Assembly: GCA_964350145.1 (NCBI GenBank)
Contig: CAYGJL010000001.1
Location: forward strand, 25,209-89,208
Source of the DNA: an uncultured Gemmatimonadaceae bacterium
GTDB taxonomy: Bacteria; Gemmatimonadota; Gemmatimonadetes; Gemmatimonadales; Gemmatimonadaceae
Direction: 5' to 3'
Length of the DNA stretch: 64,000 nucleotides
Made by a program: the position numbers and the translations under genes. Shown piece after piece: positions 35,196-43,614 of the stretch; the first letter of the stretch is position 1, and every line of letters starts with the position of its first letter. The notes under the pieces are model-generated. The model worked only from the letters and a program-made list of their open reading frames with translations. It did no database searches and had not been told where the DNA came from.

Positions 35196-36285
35196 CAGCA
35201 CGGGTCCTCGCGCCGTCACTCGTTCCGCGGAGTCGGGCGGAATCGAGCGCGCGCTGGTGGTGGGGTTGGGCAGCATCGGTCTGCGGCATGCGCGATTGCT
35301 GCGGGAACTCCTTCCCGGCGTCGAGCTGGTGGCGCTGCGGCACGACGCATCGAAGATCGGTGGATCGAGCGGCGTGGACAGGTCATTTTACACCATCGAG
35401 GAGGCTCTGCGCGCGCGGCCGCAAATCGCGGTGATCGCGAGCCCCGCGACGAGGCACCTGGATGCCGCGCTGCCGTTGGCGCAGGCGGGTGTGCATCTGC
35501 TCATCGAAAAGCCGATCGCCGCGGACGTGGAAGGAGTCGCGGAACTGATAGACGTTTGCGCGGCGCGTGGCGTGGTCCTCATGACCGGCTACAACCTTCG
35601 CTTTCTGAGTTCGCTGCGGACATTCCGGGAACTGTTGTCCGGCGGCCGTGTCGGGCGTGTTCTCTCTGTCCGGGCGGAAGTCGGTCAGTATCTACCAGCA
35701 TGGCGTCCGTCCGCCGATTATCGCGCCGGTGTGTCGGCGTCGAGCTCGCTTGGCGGGGGAGTGCTGCTCGAGCTCAGCCACGACATCGACTATCTGCGCT
35801 GGCTGTTCGGAGAGATCGAATGGGTCAGCGCTATTCAGCGAAAGCAGAGCGCGCTCGATATTGATGTGGATGACACCGCGCATCTCACTTTCGGTTTTGC
35901 TTCCGCCGATGCGAGCGCACCGCTGGTCGCGAATCTCAACATGGATTTCATCCGCCACGACGCGTGTCGGACCTGCACGGCGATCGGCGAGACCGGTACG
36001 CTCCGCTGGGACGCGCGGCACGGCGCGGTGGACGTGTACGACGAAGGCAGCACCGATTGGGCCTCGTTGTTCGTCGAGGAGCCGGAGCGGGACGTGAGCT
36101 ACCGCGCCCAATGGCTCCACTTCCTTTCGTGCATCGCTGGTGAGGCGAGGCCTCTCGTATCGGGTGAGGATGGGCTGGCCGCGCTGAGCGTGGTCGCTGC
36201 CTGTCGCGAATCGTCGCGTTCCGGAATGGTCGTTCCCGTAAATACGGAGCGCCTGCGACACGCGCCTGCGGTGGTGCCGACGTGA
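35155..36285 (+). CDS. Gfo/Idh/MocA-family oxidoreductase accompanying the leg genes
   Basis: LVVGLGSIGLRHARLL Rossmann start and HLLIEKPIA family motif. Start uncertain (35155 overlaps ptmE by 41 nt). Confidence 0.7.
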   Translation: MISSRRKGIIPTADSTGPRAVTRSAESGGIERALVVGLGSIGLRHARLLRELLPGVELVALRHDASKIGGSSGVDRSFYTIEEALRARPQIAVIASPATRHLDAALPLAQAGVHLLIEKPIAADVEGVAELIDVCAARGVVLMTGYNLRFLSSLRTFRELLSGGRVGRVLSVRAEVGQYLPAWRPSADYRAGVSASSSLGGGVLLELSHDIDYLRWLFGEIEWVSAIQRKQSALDIDVDDTAHLTFGFASADASAPLVANLNMDFIRHDACRTCTAIGETGTLRWDARHGAVDVYDEGSTDWASLFVEEPERDVSYRAQWLHFLSCIAGEARPLVSGEDGLAALSVVAACRESSRSGMVVPVNTERLRHAPAVVPT

Positions 36286-36986
36286 GCGTCGTAGCCCTCA
36301 TCTGCGCGCGCGGCGGATCCAAGGGAGTTCCGGGAAAGAACATCCGCCCGCTCGGCGGCCGGCCGCTCATGGCCTGGGCGGTCGATCAGGCGCTCGCGGT
36401 GGAGCGGATCGAGCGGGTGATCGTTTCCACGGATTCTCCCGAGATAGCCGACGTCGCCCGCGCAGCCGGAGCCGACGTTCCCTTTCTCCGCCCGGCGGAG
36501 CTTGCCCGGGACGACAGCTCGGAGTGGCTCGTGTGGCGGCACGCGCTCGATTTCATGAAAGCGCGCGACGGCGAATATCCGGACGTGCTGATCGTGGTGC
36601 CGGCGACCGCGCCGCTGCGCAGCGTCTCGGACCTGGAACGCTGCCTCGATGAATTCGCTCTTGGCGGTGCAGACATCATCATTACTGTCAGCGACGCGCA
36701 CCGCAGTCCGTATTTCAACATGGTCAAGCTCGGTCCGGACGGCGCAGTGTCGCTCGTCATACCGGGCGCGACGATCGACCGGCGGCAGGACGTACCGGTG
36801 GTCTACGACATGACGACCGTAGCGTACGTGGCAAAACCCGAGACCATCATGACGCGAAACGGCATCTTCGACGCGAGAGTCAGGTCGGTTTACGTTCCAG
36901 CGGAGCGCGCTCTGGACATCGACACGTTGTTGGACTTCCGGATCGCGGAATGTCTCATGGCAAGTGCCAAGGCAGGCGCGGAATGA
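36282..36986 (+). CDS. legF: CMP-legionaminic acid synthetase (NeuA/CTP_transf_3 family), copy 2
   Basis: VVALICARGGSKGVPGKNIRPLGGRPLMAWAV; 234 aa. GTGA overlap with the upstream gene. Confidence 0.8.
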   Translation: MSVVALICARGGSKGVPGKNIRPLGGRPLMAWAVDQALAVERIERVIVSTDSPEIADVARAAGADVPFLRPAELARDDSSEWLVWRHALDFMKARDGEYPDVLIVVPATAPLRSVSDLERCLDEFALGGADIIITVSDAHRSPYFNMVKLGPDGAVSLVIPGATIDRRQDVPVVYDMTTVAYVAKPETIMTRNGIFDARVRSVYVPAERALDIDTLLDFRIAECLMASAKAGAE

Positions 36987-37783
36987 CTGGCCTCGCCGGG
37001 TTGATGAGTCTCGAGGGCCGCCGCGCCGTCGTGACCGGCGCGGCTGGGCGGCTGGGCGGTGTAATCGCGGGAACTCTCGCCGAACTCGGTGCCAGTCTGG
37101 TGCTGGTGGATAAGCCGGGGTCGGACTACGGTGCGCTCCTGAAGGATCTGGAGTCGGTCGGCAAATCTCCCGTCGAGACGATGGACTGCGACCTGGAGCT
37201 CGAGCAGGATCGGGAGGGCCTGATCCAGCGAATCCGACTGGCCGGGTCGCTGCATGTCCTCGTCAACAACGCGGCGTTCGTTGGCGACTCGAAGCTGACA
37301 GGCTGGTCAACGGAGTTCGAGCGGCAAACGGTGGCCACCTGGCGCCGAGCGCTCGAGGTCAACCTTACGGCCGTGTTCGACCTCTCGAAGGGACTCGCCG
37401 GGCTGCTGCGCGAGAGCGACGGGGGAAACATCATAAACGTGGCGTCGATTTACGGGTCGTACGCGCCCGATTACAGCTTGTATGCCGGGACCGCAATGGG
37501 AAATCCGGCGGCGTACGCCGCATCCAAGGGCGGCATGATTCAGCTTACGCGCTGGCTGGCGACTACTCTCGCGCCGCAGGTGCGCGCGAACGCGATTTCG
37601 CCGGGCGGTATCCTGCGCGGCCAGCCTGACATTTTCGTCAAACGGTACGAGGAGCGAACACCGCTGGGGCGGATGGCGCGCGAGGAGGACTTCATTGGCG
37701 CTGTCGCCTATCTGGCTACAGACCTCTCGCGCTACGTCACTGGTCAGAACCTGGCCGTTGATGGCGGCTGGGGACTGTGGTGA
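36983..37783 (+). CDS. Classical SDR oxidoreductase accompanying the leg genes (PtmA-like position)
   Basis: ATGA overlap at 36983. AVVTGAAGRLGG, NNAAF, YAASKGGM (YxxxK). Confidence 0.75.
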   Translation: MTGLAGLMSLEGRRAVVTGAAGRLGGVIAGTLAELGASLVLVDKPGSDYGALLKDLESVGKSPVETMDCDLELEQDREGLIQRIRLAGSLHVLVNNAAFVGDSKLTGWSTEFERQTVATWRRALEVNLTAVFDLSKGLAGLLRESDGGNIINVASIYGSYAPDYSLYAGTAMGNPAAYAASKGGMIQLTRWLATTLAPQVRANAISPGGILRGQPDIFVKRYEERTPLGRMAREEDFIGAVAYLATDLSRYVTGQNLAVDGGWGLW

Positions 37784-37805
37784 TGCGGTCGCGCAGGGCG
37801 CGGAA

Positions 37806-39086
37806 ATGAAGTTCACGCGAACGGCCAGAGTACTGCTGACCGAGTTGAAATACATCAGACGGGGTTTGACCTGGCCCGAGTTCGCCTTGTTCGTGTCCCG
37901 AAGGGCGGGATACCGCGCGTGGCAGCGGGTCTCCGATCCGAGCGCGTTCAAAGCGAAGTGGCAATCGATGGCCGCGCCATCCGCGGCAGGCAGGCTTAAC
38001 GAGCGGGTCTCCTGGCCCGCGGGCGAACCCACATCCGGCGTGCGTGTGCCGGAGTGCACGATCAACTGGGTAATGCCGGACTTCGGCACCACGCACGGCG
38101 GACATCTCAACATTTTCCGCTTCATGCAGATGATCGAAAGCCAGGGGTACCGGTGCCGCGTTTACATCGACGGCAACACGCAGTTCGCTTCCGCGGCGAG
38201 AGCGCGGGCGGCAATTCGGAAGCACTTCGGGCCGGTCGAGGCGGAAGTTTTCCTTGGCAGCACGGAAATGGCCCCGGCGGAGTTTACGTTCGCGACCACC
38301 TGGTGGTCGGCATACGCTGTGCGGCGCTTCGCCGACACGAGGCACAAGTGCTACTTCGTGCAGGATTTCGAGCCGGCGTTTTTCCCGGCCGGAAGCGAAT
38401 ACATCTTCGCCGAGAACACGTACCGGTTCGGCTTCACGGCGATAACGGCAGGGACGTGGCTGTCGGAGAAGCTGCATCACGAATACGGGGCGCGGACGTT
38501 CCCGCTGGGATTTTCTTACGACAAGCGACTGTACAGCGGGAGTGTCGCGCTGCCCAAGGTCGGGAAGCCGATCCGTATTTTCTTCTATGCCAGGCCGACG
38601 ACGCCGCGGCGTGGATTCGACGTCGGGGTTCTCGTTCTCGCCGAGGTGGCACGTAGGCATCCGGACGTGGAGATCGTGATGGCCGGCTGGGATCTCTCGG
38701 CGTACGACATTCCGTTCAAGCACAACGATTTGGGCGCGCTGTCGCACAGCGCTCTGCCCGCTCTCTTCGAAAGCTGTGACATCGGCCTGGTGCTATCGTA
38801 TTCGAATCTTTCGCTGCTTCCGCTCGAGCTCATGGCATGTGGCTGCGCGGTCGTAAGCAACAGAGGCCCGAATGTCGAGTGGCTCTTGAGCGAAGCCAAC
38901 TCGGTCCTGGTCGATTCCGACATCGACGCTCTCGCTGGCGCAATTTGCGGGCTGATCGAAGATTCGGCCGCGCGAGCGGCGCAGCAGCGAGCGGGTCTCG
39001 AATTCGCGGCGGGGACGGATTGGCGGGCTGAGGGCGCGCGATTCCATGCGGCGCTAGAGCAGATCCGCGCGGCAGGCAAGGCCTAG
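37806..39086 (+). CDS. GT-B glycosyltransferase, WsaF-like / group 1
   Basis: INWVMPDFGTTHGGHLNIFRF (WsaF-like N-domain). C-terminal DIGLVLSYSNLSLLPLELMACGCAVVS (group-1 EX7E-type region). Start ATG 37806. Confidence 0.7.
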   Translation: MKFTRTARVLLTELKYIRRGLTWPEFALFVSRRAGYRAWQRVSDPSAFKAKWQSMAAPSAAGRLNERVSWPAGEPTSGVRVPECTINWVMPDFGTTHGGHLNIFRFMQMIESQGYRCRVYIDGNTQFASAARARAAIRKHFGPVEAEVFLGSTEMAPAEFTFATTWWSAYAVRRFADTRHKCYFVQDFEPAFFPAGSEYIFAENTYRFGFTAITAGTWLSEKLHHEYGARTFPLGFSYDKRLYSGSVALPKVGKPIRIFFYARPTTPRRGFDVGVLVLAEVARRHPDVEIVMAGWDLSAYDIPFKHNDLGALSHSALPALFESCDIGLVLSYSNLSLLPLELMACGCAVVSNRGPNVEWLLSEANSVLVDSDIDALAGAICGLIEDSAARAAQQRAGLEFAAGTDWRAEGARFHAALEQIRAAGKA

Positions 39087-39120
39087 CTCGTGACCCTTCG
39101 CGCATTCGGCGGCTGATGGG

Positions 39121-40059
39121 ATGACGCCGAAGTCGAAGCGTGTTCTTGTCACCGGTGGTAGCGGCTTCATAGGGACTCACCTGTGCGCGGGGCTCAGGAC
39201 GCGTGGATGGGAGCCGGTCGTGCTCGATCCCGTCGCTCCGAATGGCGGCGACTGCGAGTTCCACCAGGGCGACATGTCCACGCTGATTGGCCCGAAGGCG
39301 TTCCTGCTGGAAGATGTCGGCGCCGTAATTCATCTGGCGTGGACGACCAAGCCGGGCTCCGCCACTGACGCTCCGCTGCACGACGTCGAGACGAACCTCG
39401 CCGCGGGGATTCGCATGCTGGATATCATCGTGAAGCTTCCGAGACCGCCTCGCGTCATCTTCGCCTCGAGCGGCGGAGCGGTGTACGGTGCGACCACGAG
39501 CACGTTGATCGACGAAGATCATCCGACGGCGCCGCTCAGCGCCTACGGTGTCGGAAAGCTCGCGTTCGAGAATTATCTCCGGCTGTATGGGCATCTGCAC
39601 GGTCTCGACTACCTTGTTTTCAGGCCGAGCAACCCCTACGGTGAATTCCAAAATCCGCTGGGAAGCCAGGGCGCCGTAGCGGTCTTTTTGGGGAAGATCG
39701 CCCGCGGTCATGACATCGCCGTTTGGGGTGACGGTAGCGTGGTGCGGGATTATCTGTATGTGGGAGATCTCGCGGACGCGTTCGAGCGGGCACTGGAATA
39801 CCGTCCCGGCGACGATGAGCCTCGCGTGTTCAACGTGGGGAGTGGGCTCGGCATGAACATTCGCGAACTGGTCGCGGCACTGTCCGAGATCGCCGCGCGT
39901 CCCGCGCGAATCGTCTACTCGGCGGGAAGGATGACCGACGCCCCGCGGGTCGTCCTCAATATCGACCGCATCCGGCGGCATCTTGGCTGGCAGCCATCGA
40001 CTTCGATGGATGTCGGATTGCGACGCACGTGGGAATGGGTCCGGGCCCGCGTTCAATGA
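39121..40059 (+). CDS. NAD-dependent NDP-sugar epimerase (GalE-like extended SDR)
   Basis: VLVTGGSGFIGTHL, ASSGGAVYG, YGVGKLAFE (S-Y-K). Confidence 0.75.
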   Translation: MTPKSKRVLVTGGSGFIGTHLCAGLRTRGWEPVVLDPVAPNGGDCEFHQGDMSTLIGPKAFLLEDVGAVIHLAWTTKPGSATDAPLHDVETNLAAGIRMLDIIVKLPRPPRVIFASSGGAVYGATTSTLIDEDHPTAPLSAYGVGKLAFENYLRLYGHLHGLDYLVFRPSNPYGEFQNPLGSQGAVAVFLGKIARGHDIAVWGDGSVVRDYLYVGDLADAFERALEYRPGDDEPRVFNVGSGLGMNIRELVAALSEIAARPARIVYSAGRMTDAPRVVLNIDRIRRHLGWQPSTSMDVGLRRTWEWVRARVQ

Positions 40060-40066
40060 GCAGAAT

Positions 40067-41407
40067 GTGACCGATGCCGGGATTGTTCCCGCGGAGTTGT
40101 ACCGCAGGCACCGAGAACAGTTCAGCGAAATCCTCCCCTGGCTCTCGGCGTATTACGACGGTCATGCAAACGCGGCGAAGATCATCACGCTGCTTGATTA
40201 TTGGCTGTTTGCCAGCCGTGCCGTGGCTGCTGCATACGGGCTCGACGGCGTGCGGGCGTTCTGCGGAAGCGGATTCCGGAGTCCCATCCGATTCGCATAT
40301 CAGTTCGAGTTCGAAGTGGACATCAGCCTGAGGTTGTCCCGTCGCCCATACACGTCGGTCGCACGGCTGGTCGCCGCCTCATTGCCGAAGGCGTACCTTC
40401 CCGGTGGACGGGTCCGTTCGATTCATTCCAGGGTCCTGGCGCGCCTGACGCGCTTCGCGCTGGCAAGCTCCCCGATCTCGTTTCGCGATGAGCGGAAGGC
40501 CGAGCTTGCGGAGAGGCTCACTCCTTTCTTCGCCGACGCTGGATCCTCGGCGCGGCAGCTCGTCGACCAGTCTATGCCGGTCGTTTTTTTCGCTGATCAG
40601 ATCGACGTCCCACGCCGGCGGATCCTGAACGTGGATGGGGCGCCCGCGGCGTTCATGGATTTCTGCGGCTTCGAGAACCTCCTTCTGTTCAGCTGTGGCG
40701 CCAACATCACTGGCCGCCAGCACGGAGGCGGATACGACCTTTTTCGCGTGGATTACTTTCTAGCATACGAGCGGCGACTGTGCGACCGCTTCGTGGGTTG
40801 GGGGCTGAGCGGGGACGACGAGCGGCAGCATAGATATCCGCGAACACGCTCCACCAGCGCGTCGTCGCGCTCCCCGAGGAGAGTCGTGATCGTGGAGCGG
40901 CCGCTGTATCCCAGGCTGATGTTGTATCTCAGCCCCTCTTCATACGTGCAGTACCACGACAACGACCTCGTCTCGTACGTTTACGCCGAGCTCCAGGACT
41001 GGGGGCGGCCGTACTTCAGCATGCCGTATCCGGGCCGCCTGCGGTCGCACGCCTACGACGGGAAGCGAGGCGAAGAGCTGCCGAGCAGAGGGAGAGGTGA
41101 AGCCGGCCTGCGTCCGGACGACATCGTAATCTTCGATATCACGAGTGCGTCGCTGATGCACCACTGCATCGAAAACGATATGATCTTCATTCTCGTGGTC
41201 GGTCGCTCGGACGTCGATGAGTTCACGCCCCGCCAGGCGGAGTGGTTTCGAATTCTGCGCGAGGCTGGACTCGCGTTTTTCCAGGACGACGCGGGAATGC
41301 TCGCGTCGAAGTTGCGGGAGGCCACGGCCGACAGTTTCGAGCTGCCGCGCTCAGTGCGGGAGTATCATCAGAGGACGTTCATCGAAATCCCGGGCGTGGC
41401 CGCGTGA
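40067..41407 (+). CDS. Orphan protein, no domain recognised; candidate transferase
   Basis: Long ORF (39983-41407 in the track; GTG 40067 avoids the overlap with the epimerase). I loosely recall similar proteins (LIC12162-type putative transferases) beside nonulosonate genes. This is not verifiable here. Confidence 0.4.
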   Translation: MTDAGIVPAELYRRHREQFSEILPWLSAYYDGHANAAKIITLLDYWLFASRAVAAAYGLDGVRAFCGSGFRSPIRFAYQFEFEVDISLRLSRRPYTSVARLVAASLPKAYLPGGRVRSIHSRVLARLTRFALASSPISFRDERKAELAERLTPFFADAGSSARQLVDQSMPVVFFADQIDVPRRRILNVDGAPAAFMDFCGFENLLLFSCGANITGRQHGGGYDLFRVDYFLAYERRLCDRFVGWGLSGDDERQHRYPRTRSTSASSRSPRRVVIVERPLYPRLMLYLSPSSYVQYHDNDLVSYVYAELQDWGRPYFSMPYPGRLRSHAYDGKRGEELPSRGRGEAGLRPDDIVIFDITSASLMHHCIENDMIFILVVGRSDVDEFTPRQAEWFRILREAGLAFFQDDAGMLASKLREATADSFELPRSVREYHQRTFIEIPGVAA

Positions 41408-41472
41408 TCCCGGTCCATGAGGTGGCGTCCGCCGGAGCGCCCACACAAACACATTGAGTAATCGGAGAAACG

Positions 41473-41769
41473 GTGCCGTCCGAGAGTGAGTTGCTGGAAT
41501 CCATTTACGAAACGATTCGCGAATTCAACGGCCAGCTCCCGCCGGACGCGCGTCTGGCGTGCGCCCCTGAGACGGTGCTGGTTGGCGACGGCGGTGTGCT
41601 GGATTCGCTCGGCCTGATCAACTTTCTGGTCATGCTGGAGGATTCGCTGGAGGCGGGTCTGGGGCGCCGCGTGACACTGCTCGACGAGCGTTACATGTCG
41701 GCCGAAGACGGGCCGTTTCGCACCGTTCGATCACTGGCCCGGCATGCCGCAGCCGAGGCCGCGAAGTGA
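41473..41769 (+). CDS. Acyl/peptidyl carrier protein (phosphopantetheine-binding)
   Basis: 98 aa. GGVLDSLGLINFLVMLE contains the DSL serine attachment motif at the start of helix II. GGAGAA RBS upstream of GTG 41473. Confidence 0.65.
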   Translation: MPSESELLESIYETIREFNGQLPPDARLACAPETVLVGDGGVLDSLGLINFLVMLEDSLEAGLGRRVTLLDERYMSAEDGPFRTVRSLARHAAAEAAK

Positions 41770-41829
41770 GCGGTGACTTCGCCGCCGACTGTCGTCGCGG
41801 CCGGGCATTCACAACCCAGATAGTTACCA

Positions 41830-43614
41830 ATGACTGACACGACGACTTCGGCCGCTCGCTTTGCTGCGGACGGTTTTCTGGTTTTACATCCGGAACAGGT
41901 CTTTACTCCAACTGATCTGTCCGAGCTGGAGCGGCTTGCCAGCGCTGCGTTGCCGGCGTGGGCGGACGGGAGCGTCAACCCGCTGGAGAACGACAGCCAC
42001 GCGGATCCGCGCTTCGACTACGCCATTGACCGCGAGGACGGAGTCCAGCTGCGCGGTGTCGCGCTGCGGCACCGTTTCCTGAGAGGTCATGGCAGCCTGG
42101 ACAGCGCGCTCGACGACAACTTCCTGTTCGGAAAGCGCGCGGCGCTCGAAATCCGGAGGTGGCCCGATCCGCTGATCAGCTTCGCGGAGAACTCCAGGTT
42201 GCGCGGCCACGTTGCCGGCGTCCTGGGCTGCTCCGAGCTAGCGTTGCATGATGGGGCGATAGCGGCGGTTTATCCCGGGTGTGCGGGCGAGGCCCGGCAA
42301 TATCACATCGATACCCCGTCATTCATGCAGAGCCCTTCGGACCCGCTACCCTCAACGGCCGTACTCATGACGGCGGTGGTGTATCTGTCCGACGTGGATT
42401 CGGCCTCGGCGCCCTTGCGGCTGATCCCTGGCTCGCACGCACGTTACCAGGAAATCAACGAGAGTGCGGCGCGCTCTTTGAGACGGTCGCCGGAGCGGAA
42501 CAACGTCTTGCCGGGCGGCCACACGTGGGAGGAGATGTTGCCGGCCGGTTTGCCGACCCCGCGCACGATCATCGGGCGGAAAGGCACGGTCGTATTCCTG
42601 CACGGCAACCTGCTGCACGCCTGGGCGGAAAACGCGACTGAAAGCACGACGAGGACGATGTTACTGCACTTCTCCTGTGCGTCGCACGCGAGCGCGTTCA
42701 CGCGGAGGCCGCTCGATCGCGCGAGTTCGGCGCGCGCGTATCGCGCGTTCAGCGACAAGGCCCTGGTCGCGAGAACGATTGGCACGGAGGCGCGGCTGCT
42801 GTCGCGCAAGCGCGTGATCAAGCATCGCGATTCCGTAACGGAGTTTTTCAAGGACGGCTGGAAAGAGCCGATCCGCCCATACTACTACCGGCTGCAGAAG
42901 AAGCTCCGCCGCGTGCGCGACAAGCCCGTCGAGTCCAAGCGTTTTCTCAACGTGGGAGCGGGTGTGGCCTGGCGGCATCCGGAAGTGATCTGCCTGGACC
43001 ACGAGCTGCCGAACTCGGAAGTGGCGCTGGATCTGAATTACCCGGTCCCGCTGCCGTTCGAGGATGCCCGCTTCGAGGGAGTGTACACCTCTCACTGCAT
43101 GGAGCATTTGAAGGAATCACAGGTGGTGTGGTGGATTCGCGAAGTGCTGCGGACGTTGCGGCCCGGCGGCGTGTTTCGGGTCACGGCTCCCGACATCAAG
43201 GCCTATCTCGACGCGTACGATGCGCGGGACGCGAGCTACTTCGACTGGATCCGGGGAAGAGCGGCGTACCACTACGACGGTTGGCTTCGGTTGATCGTGC
43301 GGATGTTCGCCGAGCCCGTCGTGGACAACTATTCGGATGAGGAGCTCAAGCGTCTCTACGAAACGATGCCACGCGCGGAGTTTCTCGAGTTCTTCAACGC
43401 GCAGGTGGAGAAAGTCGAGGATGAGCGGTACCTGAACCCGAGCTGTCACAAGTCGTGGTGGTCGGGGGAGAAGTTCCGCGACTGCATGCTGGAAGCGGGG
43501 TTCTCCTCCGCCGCGCTCACGTCCCGGACCGGCTCGGCGTGCGCGGTGTTTCGCGAAAACGCGTTCAACCGCACTAGGACGCACATGAGCTTTTACGTCG
43601 AGGGCACGAAGTAG
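41830..43614 (+). CDS. Fusion: PhyH-type Fe(II)/2-oxoglutarate dioxygenase (N-terminal) + class I SAM methyltransferase (C-terminal)
   Basis: FAADGFLVL, YHIDTPSF (HxD), LRLIPGSH, GTVVFLHGNLLHAW (distal His). C-terminal FLNVGAGVAW (motif I) and FEGVYTSHCMEHL...LRPGGVFRVTAPD. Confidence 0.7.
   Translation: MTDTTTSAARFAADGFLVLHPEQVFTPTDLSELERLASAALPAWADGSVNPLENDSHADPRFDYAIDREDGVQLRGVALRHRFLRGHGSLDSALDDNFLFGKRAALEIRRWPDPLISFAENSRLRGHVAGVLGCSELALHDGAIAAVYPGCAGEARQYHIDTPSFMQSPSDPLPSTAVLMTAVVYLSDVDSASAPLRLIPGSHARYQEINESAARSLRRSPERNNVLPGGHTWEEMLPAGLPTPRTIIGRKGTVVFLHGNLLHAWAENATESTTRTMLLHFSCASHASAFTRRPLDRASSARAYRAFSDKALVARTIGTEARLLSRKRVIKHRDSVTEFFKDGWKEPIRPYYYRLQKKLRRVRDKPVESKRFLNVGAGVAWRHPEVICLDHELPNSEVALDLNYPVPLPFEDARFEGVYTSHCMEHLKESQVVWWIREVLRTLRPGGVFRVTAPDIKAYLDAYDARDASYFDWIRGRAAYHYDGWLRLIVRMFAEPVVDNYSDEELKRLYETMPRAEFLEFFNAQVEKVEDERYLNPSCHKSWWSGEKFRDCMLEAGFSSAALTSRTGSACAVFRENAFNRTRTHMSFYVEGTK

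Noticed and set aside
33591-35276. 561-aa minus-strand ORF, the longest antisense frame in the window
   Set aside because: It is antisense to legG and the CBS-nucleotidyltransferase, both of which have strong family motifs on the + strand. No motif on the minus-strand product.
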